64,000 bases of DNA from Oikopleura dioica (GCA_907165135.1 OU015567.1:14942001-15006000); one strand, 5' to 3'; positions 1 to 12,618 are shown, counted from the first letter of the stretch. A program made the numbers and translations. The notes: a model not told the origin generated them from the sequence alone.

Positions 1-950
1 CCTGCAAAGGCATATCAGGAATGTCGTCTAAGTCCTCGAGGATCTTTTCTTCGGGGAGATCGAGTAACTTGTCCATTGATCGATTCCAGACCCAGGCGAC
101 CTAAAATTTTGAAGGTAATTTTTCTCGAAAAATAGAATAGGGAATCAAAACTGGGCTCGGCAACCTGTGTAAAAACCTGAATCAGGGTCTTAAAATTCAA
201 AAATAAAAAGCCGCGTAGCGGCTTTTTTGAAAACGAAGCCGCTAAGCGGCTTCGCCAAAATTACAATACCAACTATGATATTCTAGAAAAGCCGTTACGC
301 GGCTTCGTTTAAAAGCCGCTAAGCGGCTTTCCATTATAGCTCCTTAAGAACCCTGACTCAGGTTTTCTACACAGGTTGCCGACCTCAGGGTCGAACCCCG
401 GCCACGAGAGTCTCCCCTCGAAATGTCTAAAAGTAATCCCATCCACGTCAGTTGCACCGTATTTCCTCGCCCTCCCCATAGTACGGGTGTGCCCTTATTT
501 ACCCTAAATGTATCTCTCTAACATGATGATGCTCTCAAATCCGGTTCGATCCCCCATTTGGTAATTGGTGGCGAATTGTATAACCAAAACGCAAAATGTT
601 ATCGCAGACCACAAAAGGAGCACTAGGCAATTACGTGGAATGTTATTTTCAGCGCCATTCCTTTATGTTATCCAAGCAAGATCTAATTGATCAACAACTC
701 CAGTTTCTTGTATTTACCGCTTTGTTCGCTCTCCAACTATCCGCTCCTTCTATATTTAGCAAATGAAACCCATCGTTAACCCGCCAATACGCAGATGTTG
801 ACATGCTCGACAAAGAGAGAGCTGAGGAGTTACAAAGATGGGTTAAACAAATTCCATCATCTTTTTAGAAATAAACCGAGAACTTGATACCTTAGTATAA
901 ACGATGGAGCTATTTTTGGATGAAAAATGGCCAGAAATTCATATTTCCGG
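1..950 (-). CDS. Possible multi-exon hypothetical membrane protein, running off the window start
   Basis: Open exon-like segments bounded by AG/GT: DDGICLTHLCNSS...SWRANKA (~720-860), hydrophobic VLLLWSAITFCVLVIQF (~520-630), VNKGTPVLWGG (~390-500), VAWVWNRSMDK (1-100). No recognised homology; phases not fully reconciled. Confidence 0.3.
151..388. mobile_element. Palindromic MITE family A copy
   Basis: TIR CTGGGCTCGGCAACCTGTGT..CCTGA(A/G)TCAGG / CCTGACTCAGG..ACACAGGTTGCCGA with four internal AAGCCGC-N2/3-GCGGCTT hairpins. Confidence 0.9.
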
Positions 951-1104
951 AAGGTCCATTTTTGCATCAACGGTTTTTATGCATATTTGCGCCTTGTTCT
1001 TTACGTGTTCTATGCATACAGCCCCGTTGACATTTCGGTTCAAGGGAAGAAGTTGACTTTTTCAACTGATTTCCAGATGATTTTTGATGATTGCCGCGAA
1101 AACT

Positions 1105-1543
1105 AAAGCCGAGTCGAAAGGCTATCTGAAAATCCCCATCGAATCGAGTCGAGTCGACTTAGTCAACTTATTAGTCGAAAAGTCGAAAAACTGGAAAAAT
1201 ATATAAATTTAGTCGAAAAAGTCGAAAATAAGTCGAAAAGTCAAAATTTAGTCGAAAGTCGAAAGAGAAGTCGAAAAGTCGAAAGCAAAATAGTGATTCT
1301 TTTCGACTTTTTCGACAAGATTTTCGACTTATTCGAATAGATTTTTCGACTTTCTACTCAACATTGCTCTCGACTTTTTGACTAGTCGACAATCTAGTTT
1401 ACACATCGGGTCAAGTCGAGTCGAATCGAGTCGACTTATTTCCACAACCAGTCTAGTCGAGTCGAGCTAGTCTTTTCGACTAAGACTCGACTCGACTCGA
1501 CTTCGACTTTAGTCGAAACTCGACGAGTCGATTTAGAACCCTG
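1105..1543. repeat. TCGA-rich foldback minisatellite
   Basis: Dozens of degenerate AGTCGA(AA) units, first half in + orientation and second half as TCGACT; right end GATTTAGAACCCTG (reverse complement CAGGGTTCTAAATC). Confidence 0.8.
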
Positions 1544-2814
1544 ATTGAATAGAATGCTTTGAATAGAACATCACCATTCTAATAGCATAATTTGAATTCA
1601 ACCAGAGATGCCATCAAAATTGACCCTAGCCTTAAGAAAATAGAAAAATATTTTTCAAAGATTACGGTATTTGATCATGCAATTCATCCTTTACCATAAA
1701 AACTAAACAAAAAGCTCTGTATATTTTGGCTTACCTCTAAATGAGCACTCTTCTCCGCATAATCATAAATTGCTTTGAACGAGATCCAAATTTTTTCATC
1801 AAATTATTGAAATTTATTGTTTCACTGTTTTTACTAAAAATTAGCTGGGATAAGACACTTTCAGGTAAGTAATAAGTAATGTTTTCCTGAAAATGATGTC
1901 AAAAGAGGACGAAAACGGCGTTTCGTAAAAGTGACGAGTGCGCACATTTTCGAGCTCTATAATATTTTCCCGTTTACATGGCTTTTCGGCGAAGTGGTCC
2001 CGCTCGGCCGCGTTTTATTTCGCGCTGCGTAATTTATTATCCTTTGTCATGGTCTATCTGCTCCGCTCACGGGAAATTTGACAAGTTTAGTCACTAATCC
2101 ATTACTAGAATTTTACATTTTTGTTATCCTTAGCGACTTTTTATTTGTAGGCTTTTAAAACATTTGCATTTCATTTTTAGATTCGCGAATTAAATACTTA
2201 AATTTTAAAATCAAAATGAAAATTGGATGATTAACTCTTTTGCGCATCTAAACCAATTTTTTGGCAGGGCGCTTATTTACGGCTAAAAGGTCTGTTATTA
2301 CGCGAAAAACGAAAATAGCACTGAATTATCTTCTCCTACGCTCATGCTTATTTTGAGCAAGCAATCAAGCTCAAAAAGAAACGAACCTCGGCCCCCTGTT
2401 TCTTGTCCCAATTTGCCAAATCCAACAATACCGATCCGCGTCATTGTAAACAGCAGTACACTCTCTCTCGTTGATTCCGTTTGTTTTCCCTCGTTCAATC
2501 AAATAATCAAGAAGCCGAAAAAATAACGATCTCTTATTTTCTTTATTTCTGCGCTTTTGTTTGCTCCACCCAATCCACACCCCAAAAATTCAAGAAGAAA
2601 AAATAGAATAGTTGCTATAGCGCGGCTGTTTGCTTTGATCCCACAGCTCAAAAGACGGTAGATCCTCTCAATGGTTTTTCGTTGAATTGAGATTATTCTT
2701 TTTCCGGTTTTTATTTCGAAAAATACTTTCTTACGTATCCCCTCTTGGTTTTGACAGAATTTTGTATTGCCAAGAGTAAGCTTTTGCTTTATGAAAAAGT
2801 TTCTCTGAAATATA

Positions 2815-2996
2815 TTCTTGACAACCTATTTAAAAACCTGAGTCAGGATCTGATTAGCTAAAAATGAAAAGCCGCGAAGCGGCTTCGCTGACATTTTAAA
2901 ATTGATAAGTGTGATTGTATTGCGAAGCCGCTTTGCGGCTTTTCATCTTTAGCTAATCAGAACCTGACTCAGGTTTTTACAAAGGGTTCCAACTTG
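2815..2996. mobile_element. MITE family A copy (degenerate ends)
   Basis: CCTGAGTCAGG ... CCTGACTCAGG with AAGCCGC/GCGGCTT hairpins. Confidence 0.85.
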
Positions 2997-3337
2997 GAAC
3001 TTCCAAGTCTAGTCTGGAAAAGTACAAGAGAAAGAGAAATCTTCAGTCTACCTTGCCAGATGCAAGTTCGTTGATTAGTCGCGAAGTTGGACCGCAAATC
3101 TTATGACCCAAGCACCGGGTCGCCGGGATCAGTGTTATCCCTCGTTTACTCAGCCCGCAAGATCGTAATTTTTCGACGCTTAGAGCGAATTCGCCTGTTA
3201 CAGTCACCATCAATTCATAAAGACCTCAGATGGACGCACTCTATTGTTCCGTAATTATTGATGAATTGCTTGATTAACGATCAAGGTTATCTAATTGGCC
3301 CTTGAGAAATGATGTTTATGAGAGTCTCGCCGCTTTA

Positions 3338-4634
3338 GAACTCGCTCTAGAAAAGACACTGCGCTGGGCCACTCGCAACCGATACTTAGGGCCCTTCTAA
3401 TGCGATTAAACGGCGACAACCATCAACGTGCTTTCTTAATCGGAAACTTTTACGCACTGCCCCAAGTACCGAGATTCACAATTAATCAAAGACTTGCATA
3501 ATCGAAACGTGAGGGATCTTACGACGGTTTCCATCGCCAAAATTTCTTATGAGTCCGATTTGTATGATCAAGAACAAGTTTTCTAAAAATGAACTTGATC
3601 GCTCCAATTGAACGATAATCAGCTAACACTTAGTCCAACATAATTGCGGCTAGAATTTAATGCAGCAAATAAAATCAGCTCCGATCGCTTATGAATCCTG
3701 GCAGCGAAATCCTGAGAAGGGCGTTGACTGCAGACTAAGCGGGCCTGAATTTTTAGAACCAGTTCAGCGCCCCGCCGGATTTACAGATGGACATGCCTGC
3801 GATCCGGCTGATTATGATCCTGAAATTAAACGGGCAGCTGAGACTTTCTACTGCTCCAATTTTCAGCGAAAGATATGTCACCTCCTTCTTAACTTTCAAG
3901 AAGTCATCTTTTCGGAAACAAGGACGGGATCGTAAGAAAAAAAAATTATAAAGAAAATTTCTCGGCAACCTTTGAAGGAAACCTGAGTCAGGTTCTGAAA
4001 AGCCGCAAAGTGGCTTTTTTGAATCCGAAGCCGCGAATTTATCATTTAAGCTCGTCAGAACCTGACTCAGGTTTTCTACACAGGTCGCCAGAACCAGACT
4101 TATAGTCATCTTACGAAAAAAGGCCAATTTTTCTGCTACCAGATTTACAGCGAACGTGTCTCATTTCTACCGCGGTAATGAGCGCTGAAAAATGTCGAAT
4201 ATCCGTCGCGGTAAAAATCTTCAAAATCGAAAAAATACTACGTTTTCAATTTTTCGAATTGTAAGGTGCCAAAGTAGATGTTTCGCATGGAGCAACAGAG
4301 CCTTGTGGTCGTTGAACATTTTATTTGAAGAAAAGACGCCGAAGACAAACGCCAAAAGGGATGATCTCCTGTCGACTCAAATTTTACATTCTGGCAACGT
4401 CTCTTTAGACGTCTTTCCCAAGGGTTGAGGTTTAGTGTTTTTGAAAAAAGCAGAGAAGGGCCGTTTAGACTCTCTAAGAACCACGTTGCTTACAAGATTT
4501 CTCGAAGGACACTTGGCTTGGCATCTGTTGATTCAATCGTTGACATTATGTTATTTAGGCCTATCTCAATGTGTGGTGAATTGCACAACCATTGGAGCCA
4601 ACTCATGAGCTCCAGGAAAAGAGAGATTCGATAA
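3338..4634 (+). CDS. Possible multi-exon hypothetical protein
   Basis: Several stop-free segments following AG (RTRSRKDTALGH...; WQRNPEKGVDC...; RCQSRCFAW...; EKGRLDSLR...). No homology recognised. Confidence 0.25.
3956..4097. mobile_element. MITE family A copy (short)
   Basis: CTCGGCAACC..CCTGAGTCAGG / CCTGACTCAGGTTTTCTACACAGGTCGCC. Confidence 0.85.
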
Positions 4635-4829
4635 TACCGAATTGAAATTATTCATAATCCAATTAGCTAATTGGAATAGATATCAGTATCGCGGCACGGT
4701 ATATGACGACCTTTTATCGACCATTTTTGTAGAGAGTAGATACTGTTCTTGATGAAAGTCGAATGTAACTCCGTTTTGTCGTTGTAAATTGCTTGCGAAT
4801 CAAAGAAAATAAGGATAAAAATATGATAT

Positions 4830-5173
4830 GGTTAGGGTTAAGGTCCGGAAACCTGTGCTGAAAACCTGAGTCAGGATTGGAAACTTCTTTAATAAAATAC
4901 GGCGCTAGAATGGGGGAGGTATCAGGAACCGACAAAATCCCGAGAAATTTTGAGCAGAAATTTTCGACCAATCAGAACCCCGCATTCGCCTTACTGGCCA
5001 ATCCGCAGCAGAGTAGCCGCTCACGCGAAATTTGTATTCTATAACTCTCTGAGACTTTTTGTCGATTTGTGACTCCAATGACTGTAAATTGCTGAGCCAC
5101 TAAAAATTTAATGATCCTCTTTCAAACCCTGACTCAGGTTTTCCTCAAAATTTGAGGAGCTTAGGTTAGGGTT
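4830..5173. mobile_element. Composite: family A ends enclosing a double-CCAAT (family C) module, flanked by GGTTAG tracts
   Basis: Left end at ~4850-4880, right end at ~5128-5145; CCAAT at 4968 and 4998. Confidence 0.6.
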
Positions 5174-5749
5174 TGAAAAACCAAGAATCTCCAGGAAAAC
5201 CCATTTTATAGCAAAAAAAAACTGATGCAAAAATATCCCGAAAATAAGCTCAGGAGTTAAAACGTGTTTGTATAGAAGTTCCAAAAGTTGCGAATCCCAT
5301 TCCAGCGCGGCTTGATTGGTAAACAGCCTAAATTCAATTGTAAGCTCTTTTCCGCGCGTTATGAAATTTTCCATTAGAAGCGCTCGCATAGTTCAATTGA
5401 TTCAAAAGATTATCCGGAAAGCGATTTCGCTTGATATTTGTTTCGCATCCCTCGCAAACCAGAATCAAAAGTTGAGCTCAAAGGTTGCCCCACAACAGCC
5501 AGTAGTCACAAGATTGTAATTCAATTTTTTCCGTCGAGAAAGAGGGAGAAATGAACTCATTCAATTTTGGTTTTTAGAAATTCCAGTCGTAGTGAGGGTT
5601 CATCATTCGAGCCTATGATTCGAGCTGTCAAATATCTCTAGAATCTAGGCAAGTGGTTAATGTAAGTGACTGGGAAGCCCCCTTGATTAGGGTTAGGGCA
5701 GCTCGAATTTTACTACCATGCCAGTTCATTTGCTCAAATTGGGAAAAAC

Positions 5750-6185
5750 CGTCAAGGAGCGACAAAAAAAGGGCGACAAATTTTGAAGTCGTCGCTCGAA
5801 AAAATTTCGACAGAAAAGTCGATTTTTTGCGACAACTTATATGAAAACAAGTTTGTCCAAGATTTCACCAAAGTTTTGGTCAAAATCGTCGCGATTTTCT
5901 GTCCATTCAAGCCTTCTCCCTTCAGCTGCTGATTTGCCAAAATGAGTTTGTCGCGAAACTTTGTCGCAGTTTTTGTCGTTTCCCTTAACCCTAACCCTAA
6001 CCTCTTACCAAGAAAAATAAGAGATGTCAGAAACCGACAAAAAAAAATTCGACAAATTTTGGGAGGAAATTTTCAACCAATCAGAAGCCAAGATTCGGCA
6101 AATCTGCCAATCAGCAGATGAGTAGTAGCCCACGCAAAATATGTCGAAATTTTTTTGTCGGTTCCTTTCACCCTAACCCTAACTT
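5750..6185. mobile_element. Family C element(s) with CCCTAA tracts and paired CCAAT boxes
   Basis: Unit GACAAAAA..CGACAAATTT..CCAATCAG..CCAATCAG..AGTAGC..TTGTCG..CCCTAACCCTAAC; similar to 4910-5035 and to the reverse complement of 17459-17675. Confidence 0.7.
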
Positions 6186-6661
6186 TCTACCCCGAAAAAG
6201 CTCGTTGATTTGAATCACACCCCCTTAAAATAGCAGAAACGGAACTCGCTGGTCTTGATTTTACGCACGGTAGTTCTTAAAAGAAGACCAAACCCTCTCA
6301 GAAAAGCAATTCACCACGTTATTCGCCCTCGCCAATAAAACAGTGATTCAAAACAGTCCCTTCCAAAAGAAAATTAAAAAATCTCCAGCCGCGCTGATTA
6401 TAGCCAAAGAACCAAGTGCTTCAATCGAGCACAGTTCTAATTTAATTGAAAAAAGTGAACATGTCCAAAATTTTTAATCGGGCGGCGAAACAAGTGCACA
6501 GGGCTGCTACTAAAACTAATTCTAAAGCAATTTTTTTTTCAGACGTTATTGGATTGCGACAGTCACTCGGGATAAAGTGCCGCGACCAGGTGGGCTTGAG
6601 TACCGTAACTAAAATCAAGAAAGAAGGAAGAAGATTGATTTGGATTGAGTTCTTCTGATTC

Positions 6662-6905
6662 TTGAGCTCGGCAACCTGTGTTGAAAGCCTGAGTCAGGAT
6701 CTTAAGAGCTTAACTGTTAAGCCGCATTGCGGCTTTTTGAAAAACGAAGCCGCGGAGCGGCTTTTCAAGTTGTTTGAAATAGATGCTAAAAGTGATTTCG
6801 AAGCCGCGTTGCGGCTTTTATTATTTAAGAAAGCACGTTGCTTTGCGGCTTCGTTTTTAAAAAAGCCGCGTTGCTGCTTTTTATTAAAGGTTTTCAGAAC
6901 CCAGA
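6662..6905. mobile_element. MITE family A copy (right end truncated)
   Basis: TTGAGCTCGGCAACCTGTGTTGAAAGCCTGAGTCAGG plus four hairpins. Confidence 0.85.
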
Positions 6906-7627
6906 TTTTTTCTCCATCTAATGAAACTGTTTTTATTTACTCTTAAGAGAATATTTTATGATATTCAAATTGAGCTTCTTGAAAATAATCAATTGACAAT
7001 TGACCTTGATTTTTTTTTTTCTTTTGATTGAGTATTTTCTTTAAATACGCAAAGCATCCGTGATTTATTTTCAGTCCAACAATCAATTCTGACAATTACC
7101 AAAAGAGTACCCAAAACAACTTTCTTTTGAAGAAGAGGCACTGCCTTCTCGGAATCTGAGCTCATCCAGTTCGCGTTGGATCTAATTTCAAATTTAATCG
7201 CCCGTAAAAATGATAATCACAACTCACCTTCCCAATTTCATCATCAAGTGTGATATTCCGCTTTTCGTTTAATTTCGAACGCGGAAAAATGAAAACGGCA
7301 GTATCATAAGTAATTATCATTATCATTATTGTCTGTCTGTTTGAATTCTAGGATTTTTGAAATAGATTCCCGGAAAAAAGAAGGCAACGCTCGTGTCTGT
7401 TCCGAATCCACCTTTCTGCGAAAAAAATTGATCCAAACATAAATTAAAACTACAATAATCAAACCATAATTATGGTTGATCGTGTAAAGGCCCCTTCATC
7501 ACTGAGCTGAATTTAATTCTAAAGCCTGCTACTATTAAGCTACTCTGTTCATGTTTTGAACAGATTTTTCGTCTGCCAACATGCCTTTTTCCACCGAACC
7601 CAAAATTTTTATAACGTGACTAACAAG

Positions 7628-7825
7628 CTGGTCTCGGCAATCTGAAAATAAACCCTAAATTTTGTCCTGAAAAAGCATTAATGAAAATCCGCGAAAATTA
7701 ATATCTTCTTAGAAATCCTGGCGAAGCTGCGTTGCGGCTTCGTTTTCGGAAAAGCCGCAGCGCGGCTATTTATAAAGCCTCCCCAGAACCATGATTCAGG
7801 TTTCAACACAGGTTTACGATCCCTG
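7628..7825. mobile_element. MITE family A copy (degenerate)
   Basis: CTGGTCTCGGCAATCTG ... TGATTCAGGTTTCAACACAGGTT with hairpin remnants. Confidence 0.7.
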
Positions 7826-8421
7826 CTTCCGATAAAATAGGTTTATGTCAATTTAAAACTTCAAAAACAATACCTCTTGATGACGTAGAAAAAAACGCTT
7901 AGCAGAAGTAATTATATGTTATTTCCGGCTTCGTCTGTTCGAGCTTATAGCAAAGCTGTTTATTTTGTGATTTTGTAAAGAAAAAGAACAAGATTTTTTA
8001 AGGGATGAGAAGAAAGGTTGAAAAACGAAACAAAGCTTTATTATTCATTCTCGTTATTTTATTTTCGTTCGTTTAACTTGCATCATTAAGCCAGAAGCGG
8101 CCACTTAGAAACGTTGGTTGCTTCGAATTGTGTTGTTGATGCTCCAATTAGTGTTTGGAAACGCTTGTAAGAGGCAGATCTCACTTTGTTCTTTGGCTTT
8201 CTCTGACAACACTCTTCGCGCCGTGTTGAATTCAAATTACACAAACACTTTTTTTCGAAACTGAGAAATTTGTAGCGAGCGAATTTTCGCTGAAGACAAC
8301 GTGAAAACGTTTCTTTCCAAGAAAAAAAAATATTTTTTTGGAATTAAAAAAATTACAAATCCAAAATTTATTTCTTTTTAGAGCTTTCCTCTCTCAAATA
8401 AAATTGGGGGTCCTTACTTAA

Positions 8422-8473
8422 GGGTGTCAACAACAATGTGTCAAAAATTGGCTGGAAATCGTTGTTGACACCC
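8422..8473. mobile_element. 52-bp mini inverted-repeat element with TTAA flanks
   Basis: TTAA(8418-8421)-GGGTGTCAACAAC...GTTGTTGACACCC-TTAA(8474-8477). Confidence 0.6.
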
Positions 8474-8477
8474 TTAA

Positions 8478-8813
8478 GGACCCCCCGTCAGCTTTTTTCG
8501 AAAAATCAAATTTCGGAATTTTAAAATTTTGACCCCGGAAATGGATTCTACGGGTCAAAAAACGATTTTGAGGCTTCATTTTTTGGGGGTCTATCTCGAC
8601 TCCTTCACCCCCAAAATCGCATTTGAAAATTGCACTTTTCGCCGAAAATTGCCGAATTTGCCCTAATTTTGGCAAAAATATTGAATTTTCTTGTTCAAAT
8701 ATTCCCCTTATCAAGTTTTCAAAGCAAGTTTAACCCGAAGACGCATCAAGAACCAAAAATATGGTGTTTTCCAAAATTTCTATTTTTTGAAGAAAAAAGC
8801 TGACGGGGGGTCC
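8478..8813. mobile_element. Non-autonomous TIR element with TTAA TSD (Kolobok-like GG..CC ends)
   Basis: TTAA-GGACCCCCCGTCAGCTTTTTT ... AAAAAAGCTGACGGGGGGTCC-TTAA(8814-8817). Confidence 0.8.
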
Positions 8814-9261
8814 TTAAGTCGCCATATAAACGGATTTCAAGCTCTTTACTTCTGAATAAAAACTGAAACACACTTTTTTCTCCCATAGATCCAAGCTAAG
8901 TTACGGGAGATGATGTTCCACTTGGTAAAATTCAGCATTCGGGATCGAACAAATTGCTATTTGATCATTACAGAATCGGGATACAGAATCTTCAAAATCG
9001 GTTCCAATCTGATTTTTTTTTCAAAATTGCAAAACCGCGGAAAAGGGAATGACACGCAACAGGAAAGTGTTTTTGCGGCTGGAGGTATTACAGAAATACT
9101 GACCTACTTGTCAAATGAGCAGATGAAGCTTCCGTGGGATCGAGTCTGAGAAACTTAGGGCTGTTTAATTTTGGTGCCTAAATTCTTGAAGCGCGTAATT
9201 GAAGGCGAATTGAAGGGATTCTAAACTGCACCTTAGTTCTTACGCTTTTGAAGGAATTGAC

Positions 9262-10344
9262 TCAAAAAGATGAACTTTCTCCTTCTTTTTCGTCGAAAAA
9301 AGATTCTAGTGTTGATGGAACACGTGAAATTTTCACATTGCAATTTCGACGTTGACGGGGGCTCCTCGTCGCCTGACAAGTGCGAGTCAACCCGGGCGAG
9401 ATTTTGCTCGCATTTTGACATCTCTTTAGGACGGTAGGGGCCTCCCCTGCTGCCCTTGTCAGCATTGGTTCAAATTTGCGAGTCGCTGTTTTCGCACGGC
9501 CAAAAAGAAAGCTGAGTCTCATTTGACATGTCGGTACTTGAGCGAGAAAGATTCTCATCTGCTCAATCAGCTCAAGCTCGCCAAAGACCATTTCAACCCC
9601 TTTTCGCCAAATTTTCGAATCAGTTACTTGCAATATCCTTTTTCTGGCTAAAAGAATCTTTCCCTTTGATTGCAATTTTACCAATAATTTCGCGAAATAT
9701 AGCAAAATCGATCGCATCTCTAAACTTTCTCATAAAAACATGATTTCGAAAAAGTCATACGTAAGAAAATTCCACCCTTATTTATTATTTGAAAAAGATT
9801 CTCTTCCAAAAACTATGGTCTCGTGAGAAGTCGAAGCCCAAAACTTGGGTTCGGAAACCTGTGTAGAAAACCTGAGTCAGGGTCTGAAAGAACTAAAACG
9901 AAAAGCCGCGCAGCGGCTTTTTAAAAACTGAATCCGCAACGCGGCTTTGCCAGAATTTTTGATAGATTGTAACAGTAATATAAGCGAAGCCGCCTCGCAG
10001 CTTCGTTTAAAAAAAAAAGCCGCTGCGCTCTTCATTTTCTCCTTTCTGTCAGAATCTGACTCAGGTTTTCTACACAGGTTGCCGAGCAGAGCCAAAAACA
10101 CACTCGGTAAAATTTTATTTCTTAAAAAAATGTTAAAAAAAAGAAGGACCAAATTTCGTTCCATCAGGACGCTCAAATCTGCGGTTGAATATTTCATCGC
10201 TGGTTTCATCGGAGCATGCCAAAAGCGTATTTTTCCACGAAGCGGATTTTTTTCTAGTTTTATGTTTTCACCTTCATTTCCCTTGACGATGATTGACTTG
10301 CAATCTATCTTCTGGTTTTTGACAAAAAGCGACTTAAAAATCAT
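9262..10344 (-). CDS. Hypothetical multi-exon gene interrupted by a family A MITE
   Basis: ORF 10344-> continues in frame after removing 9844-10101 (PS|FWASTSHETIVLEENLFQIINK), then via a ~55-nt GT-AG intron into EMRSILLYFAKLL (ORF 9262-9717). Confidence 0.4.
9845..10091. mobile_element. MITE family A copy with near-perfect 8-bp TSD
   Basis: Flanks CCCAAAAC (9837-9844) / CCAAAAAC (10092-10099). Confidence 0.9.
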
Positions 10345-10715
10345 GATGGAAGATCTCCCTGTTTTCTTATAATTATAATATGTGAGATTGATGGAAATTA
10401 ATTAGAAATTTACAGTTTCTTTTAATGTCGATTTTTTTCTCGAAAAAAATTTTTCTATCAAGGAGCTTACAAAATAGTGATTTCACGTGTCGACTTTAGT
10501 AGACTTTCTGAGTCAGCCAGAGCCGCATTCTATCGATGTAAGGTGAACATTCCAAACCGGACACCGGCCGGACAAGGCAACAAACAAAATCTACATCAGC
10601 TCCGCAATAAACGGAAGGGCAAATGGTTTTCTTTTAAACGCTCCAGAGGGGAAGAAGAGTCGTGGATTTCTTCCGCTCTAATTATCAAAAAAGAACACTG
10701 CGCTCTTATTGAGAG

Positions 10716-10963
10716 CTGTGCTCGGCAACCTGTGTAAAACTCAGGAAACCTGAGTCAGGTTCTGAAAAGCTAAAATGAAAAGCCGCCCAGCGGCTTTTTA
10801 TAATAACCAAAGCCGCGAAGCGGCTTCGCAAATCTTTAAAAATAACTATGATTTTTCGGGAAGCCGCTTTGCGGCTTCGTTTATTAGAAAAGCCGCTACG
10901 GGGCTTTTCATATAAGGTTTTCAGAACCTGACTCAGGTTTCCTACGCAGGTTGCCGAGGCCAC
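10716..10963. mobile_element. MITE family A copy with near-perfect 8-bp TSD
   Basis: Flanks ATTGAGAG (10708-10715) / ATTTAGAG (10964-10971). Confidence 0.9.
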
Positions 10964-11809
10964 ATTTAGAGTCGACCTTGTATTTCTTGATTACGATTCA
11001 TCCTTGAATCGAAGCGGATAAAAGGATGATTTCTGGGCGAGAATATTCAGAAGGCGTTTTTAAGCATTCACAAAATCCTTTTTAATTATGAGAGCTTGAT
11101 CGTTGGTGGGAGCCACGTTAGCTCAATAACTGGGCACCCCTTTCGGTGTTTGATTATCCGGCTCAATGCGGAGGAGCTGTTTTAGTTGAGAAAAAGCGAC
11201 AACACATCGTGTTTTGGAACACACTCGAGCTCAGACAGATCAGCCCCGAAAATCGCCTGATAAATATGTCAGAACAAGTTCTACAAATCATTGAATAAAA
11301 ATAACAAAAACAACAAAGACACGAAGCTCGTTCTATGACGGATTTACGGTTTTATCGCCGTTTCTTTAGTGTACCATTAAATCGAGATCCATCCTAAAAA
11401 TCTGACAAGAGTAAAAGAAAAAGGAAAGAGAATAATCACGTGCTTTTGAAGAGGTACTAAAATTAACGAACACTAAGTCAAATAGTCTGTGGATAACGAT
11501 TTTCCCTCTGACACGATAATGGAAAGTTTTATTTGCTTATTCTCATGTGATCATTGATATTTTTTTGTTGACATTCGGCGACCGCATCTGCTCTCGTGGA
11601 AAATTACGAGACCTCATTGAGTTTTGGAGTGTTGAATCACGCTTGTTCATCAAACATAGGCATCGTTACGAAGGGAAAACGAGGGCATAAAAGATGGCTC
11701 TTAGTTTCGAGTCAGCCATATCGATAACGAACTTCTAACACGAAAGGTGTTCTTTTTAATTTTTTGTCAGATTAAGGTGCAGATCTGATATCTTTGAAGA
11801 TTCCTCGTT

Positions 11810-12618
11810 ATGGGCCAGTGCATTGGAACCGAAACTTTAGACCTCCATGAAAGTCCCGATGACCAAGTTACTGGAGTTAGCAGAGAACTGACTCCAGTAC
11901 TCGATCTTTCTCAACAAACTCGAGTCACAGCCGACGGTAATTTGTCAGTTAATAATGCTCGATATTCAACTTTTATAGAAATCGCCCAAGCTCTGCGAGA
12001 TCTTAAACCGCCAGACGAGATCCTCTCTTCAGTGTTTCCAGAGGCACTGGCGAGCCGAAACGAAAATCAACTTGCTGGCTGGCTGTTTCTCAATCACCCT
12101 CGGCTGACAGTCTTACGACTTGGAGGACCATATCTTTCCATCTTCGCTGGATCCGCCATCGTTGGTGTTTTCATCGGATTAACCGTTGTCGTCCAGCGTG
12201 GCTCAACAATCATCTGGGTTTTCCACGACAAGGAGGACGATTTGACACCTATTCGGTGAGTAAAATAACAATGCAAACAAAGACGGCTATTTCCTGGAAG
12301 GATAAAGTCACCGAACAAAGCGATTGTTTAAAATTATGACTTTTTTATTTACTAAACGAGTCATTTTAGAGAGCGACTTGTGAAAGAAGGAGAAGGAAAG
12401 CATTCTCTTGAGGAGTACACAGTGGATGTTCCGGAAGAGTTTCTCATTCGTCCTCACCCAGTTTCTGAAAATATTAAAACGACTTCGCCCAAAGAACCAT
12501 CGACAGCTCCGATTTCCGTACCAAAGCCGCCCAGAACTCCGATGACTCCATCGAAAAGCAGACATAACTCAACTTCTCGGTCATTTTCTCGAAGATCCTG
12601 TGGCCGTTCCTCCATCGG
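11810..12618 (+). CDS. Orphan protein, MGQC N-terminus, hydrophobic segment and Pro/Ser-rich tail (3' end unresolved)
   Basis: ATG 11810; GT-AG introns at ~11937-11978 and ~12256-12371; exons read IAQALRDLKPP..., SIFAGSAIVGVFIGLTVVV, EEYTVDVPEEF...; GTAA donor at ~12619. Confidence 0.55.

Noticed and set aside
2298-2498. MTRIGIVGFGKLG, a Rossmann-like GxGxxG start (aspartate dehydrogenase-like)
   Set aside because: No downstream exon continues the fold, and the opposite strand has equally plausible open frames; probably chance
6662-10372. ORF-track proteins rich in AASRL/KPRSGF (e.g. 6662-6946, 9947-10372, also 44604-44891)
   Set aside because: They are translations of MITE palindromes, not genes
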